Assembly: GCF_001949145.1 (NCBI RefSeq) | Contig: NW_019091356.1 | Span: 2,550,932-2,614,931 of the forward strand | Origin: Acanthaster planci | Lineage: Eukaryota | Reading direction: 5' to 3' | DNA length: 64,000 nt | Shown: positions 61,100 to 64,000 of the stretch, one piece after another | Numbering within the stretch: position 1 is the first letter of the stretch | Layout of the letters: each line of letters begins with the position of its first letter | The notes under the pieces: generated by a model | Database searches by the model: none | Told to the model about the DNA's origin: nothing | What the model saw: only the letters and a program-made list of their open reading frames with translations | Program-made: the position numbers and the translations under genes

Positions 61100-62960
61100 C
61101 TGTCCCTGGATCTGATAAACTCGAGAACCTGATCCCCAAAAGAGCTGATTGAAATCGTGGAGACAGTGAGACTATTGTATCAGGAAGCCTGCTCCAATCT
61201 CTACAAGTTTTGCACACAAAGGAATTTCTGTGCACTTCAGTTCTGCTATGCGGCAAAATCAAATTGAGAACTATTTCCAGTGGCTGTTCTACGTAGTCTT
61301 GTATAGAAGCATGCTTGACAATAGACTTCGGAATAGCAGACGTACTCATAAATATTTGTTTCATCATGATCAATCTAGCAGCTTCACAATGCTGTTTAAG
61401 TGTATCCCACCCAAGGTGATCATATTGGTCACATTAGCCTCTCTACTAAAGTTGTTGTTAATAAAGTGTGCTGCACGTTGTTGAACCATCTTGAGCTTAT
61501 TGATGTATTTAGCCTCAAAGGGATGACATACTACTCAAGCGTACTCCAGGTGTGGACGAACGAGTGCTTGTAAGCAGTTGTTTTCTCCATTTTGGAGCAC
61601 TGATTTAATTTCTGTGCAACATACCTAGGACCTGGTTCGCCTTCTTTACCATATAATCATAATGGTAATCCCAGATCCCAGATCTTCTTCCTTTTGTCTC
61701 CCATGTGCACGATGTAGCATTTCTTTACATGAAATTGCATTGGCCATTCATGGAGTTTATCAGTATCTCCCTGAAGTATGATGCAGTCAGCCTGGTTGTG
61801 GAATGTGGATATTTCTGTATAAAAATGCAATTGTCAGCAAAAAGACAAATTTCTGACTGAAGATTATCTGTGATATCTTTGATATAAGTAAAAATAAAAG
61901 AGGGCCGAGGACTGTGCCTTGAGGCACACCGGAGTCCACAGAATCCCAGTCAGAACTAGATCCATTGAACACCACTCTTTATTTACGCATCTCCAGAAAG
62001 TTGGCAATCTACTTCAGTAGCTTTCCACGTATTCCACACATATGGAGCTTAGCTTTCAGATGCTCATCGCGGACAGTATCAAACGCTTTGGAGAAGTCAA
62101 ATATGGCTATGTCCACTTGTTTACCAACATTTACTGGCTCAGCCCAGTCGGTGGTTATCAAAACTAGTTGGGTAACACAAGAGTGGTGCTTTTTGAAACC
62201 ATGTTTAGTTGTCAAAATGTCATGCCCTTCCACGTGTCTACTAATAATATGCAAATGAATTATATGTTGAAGAAGCTTGCATGATATTGAAGTTAAAGAA
62301 ATTGGCTTATGTTCCTCAATCAGAGTATGAAATTGAAGAACCTTAGCACATAAACTTCTCACATTAAGACTAAGCAGTCGTAGAACTTGATCTTTGCTCT
62401 TCTCTTTTTTTGTAGTGAGACTTTGTTCTTTTGCTGCAGGTGCGCGTGGATTTTGGCACTTGGGTGTCACATGTAGAATACTTTCTTGCTTGATCCAAAT
62501 CACGCCCATGTAATTTGTAAGGAAATCTAACTCCACAATCACTACTAAAAGCAAGATCAACTTCCCCCAATGGTGTGTAGAAATTATCTCCACATAGGTT
62601 CAAATTGATGATTGAGCCACTGAAGTTGAGAAAATCGCAGAGGATAAAACCTAGTAAATGACGACTCATTTTGATAAGTATGATTCACACTTAGTATGAT
62701 ACTCATCGCTAGAGACATCACAACATTCAATAGGCGTACAATTCTGACATTTATCACACTCAAGAACTTTGTCTTCATCCCCTACTTCTTTACGACACAC
62801 GGTACACGGGAAAATGGGTGTGGTAACCACAGTTTCAGTCCCCTTGGGGCCAGGTTGTATCTGGACATCACCACAAATAATGATTAACAGAAGTTTAACA
62901 GCAGTGATGATCTTAGGAGACCGTTTTTGTTTTCTTCAGAATGAGAGGGCAGTGAGTAAA
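61100..62960 (-). mobile_element. Decayed, internally deleted APE-type LINE (CR1/L2-like): 2A-like motif, PHD finger, start of APE, reverse transcriptase
   Basis: Minus strand: LLLIIICGDVQIQPGP, FPCTVC...LECDKC, LRLLSLNVRSL, PISLTSISCKLLQHII, HGF..HSCVTQL, FDFSKAFDTV, SGVPQGTVLGPLLFL, ALVRPHLEYA, RNSF...RDWSRLP; many stops and frameshifts. Confidence 0.9.
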
Positions 62961-63429
62961 AAACTCAGATTATTTTTAAAGAAATAGTCAGTCCCATGGT
63001 CTTAAAGCCATAAGTCATCAGATTTAAAGAGATATGCATCAGTTTTGAAGGCGTTTCAGGAAAGATGAGATTTGATAGCGAAAGTGGAATTTCTTTGAAA
63101 TGTAACTGTACCCTGATTTCACATAACTGGGATGCAAACAAAAACTCATAGGGTTACGAACCCATAAAATGTTGCAGGGTTATAAGTCACTCGGAGTGGT
63201 GACTTGCAGTTCTGTAAGTAGGTTTGGGCTAGACACATAAACAGGGCCCCTCGATTGCGTACTCCTCTGTCATGGGCCCTGCCTTCAGATATACTGTACC
63301 TGTAGGAATACCTAGATGAATCACGTGACGAATTTGGATTAAATTTGTATAACATTGATTGCCAAATGACAAAATAATGTACGAAAAAGTAAAGCAAAGC
63401 ATAGAAATAAACAAACCAAATCCAAATTA

Positions 63430-63919
63430 ACAACTTATTAATCTATCTCTCTTAAAGCCATATCTCCCTGTGGGAACTTAAGTACAAATTTTTGGGCGTC
63501 TCCCACCCCTTCATCAGGTTTGAATGTTTGAATGTGTCGGTGAAGAACAATCCGACGCGCATTGTGTTTCCCTCGGTGAGCAGCGATGCGCGGGACCCCC
63601 GGGCATGCGTCGATGTGCTTCCAATCCCATGGAAACCGGGGTCTTCCATTTTGCATCCTTCATCTCTCTATGATTGTCTGTCCATTCCTTTCTGTTTATT
63701 TCGGGTTTAAGTTCTTCAATATACATCGATTTCCATCACCTGCCTGAGCATCACATCGTTGGGGCACCTGTTCAATATTTTTACCTTAATTTCCTGAGAC
63801 TGCCCCTCGTGTTTCTTTTGCATATGTTCGTGTAATGCTGATGACTTCCCTCTCACGTAATTCGTACTCAAGTAAGTTTCCACAGGGAGATATGGCTTTA
63901 AGATCGATATATAAGTTGT
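63430..63919 (-). mobile_element. 5'-truncated Penelope-like retroelement: GIY-YIG C-terminus, degenerate hammerhead, inverted terminal segment
   Basis: SALHEHMQKKHEGQSQEIKVKILNRCPNDVMLRQVME, 1-nt insertion, SMYIEELKPEINRKEW (~63855-63682). CCTGATGAAGGGGTGGGAGACGCCCAAAA near 63518-63490. ~55-bp inverted repeats at 63430-63485 and 63864-63919. Confidence 0.75.
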
Positions 63920-64000
63920 CAGGAGAATCCCTGTACAAGGTCAGGAACATCATAAAGTGTATCAAATCCGAATTATTAACTATGGGATATACAAAGGTCG

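Overview
Eukaryotic (invertebrate metazoan) genomic DNA with spliceosomal genes, an assembly gap (N 2746-3094) and a single N at 10019. I rebuilt six protein-coding genes by hand, checking GT-AG junctions and phases: (1) the 3' part of GPATCH4 (+); (2) a 12-exon, 444-aa fusion of a Rieske [2Fe-2S] domain and a DUF455 ferritin-like di-iron domain (-), head-to-head with (3) MCM6 (+, 18 exons, 817 aa) across a ~520-bp region with E2F sites; (4) COA3/CCDC56 (-), whose single intron is U12-type; (5) a GC-rich sulfotransferase-like (BCAT-like N-terminal domain) gene with an intronless CDS (-); (6) POFUT2 (-, 8 exons, 444 aa). Non-coding DNA holds tRNA-derived SINEs, many MITEs (including a nested foldback element), a 21-bp minisatellite, a decayed RecQ-helicase fragment that is probably transposon-derived, an internally deleted LINE with a 2A-like peptide and PHD finger, and Penelope-like remnants with degenerate hammerhead ribozymes. 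Best leads: the Rieske/di-iron fusion and its shared promoter with MCM6, the 2A-like LINE, the hammerhead remnants, and TAGGCCTA palindromes clustered just downstream of first exons. All family assignments come from recognising motifs by eye; no database searches were run.
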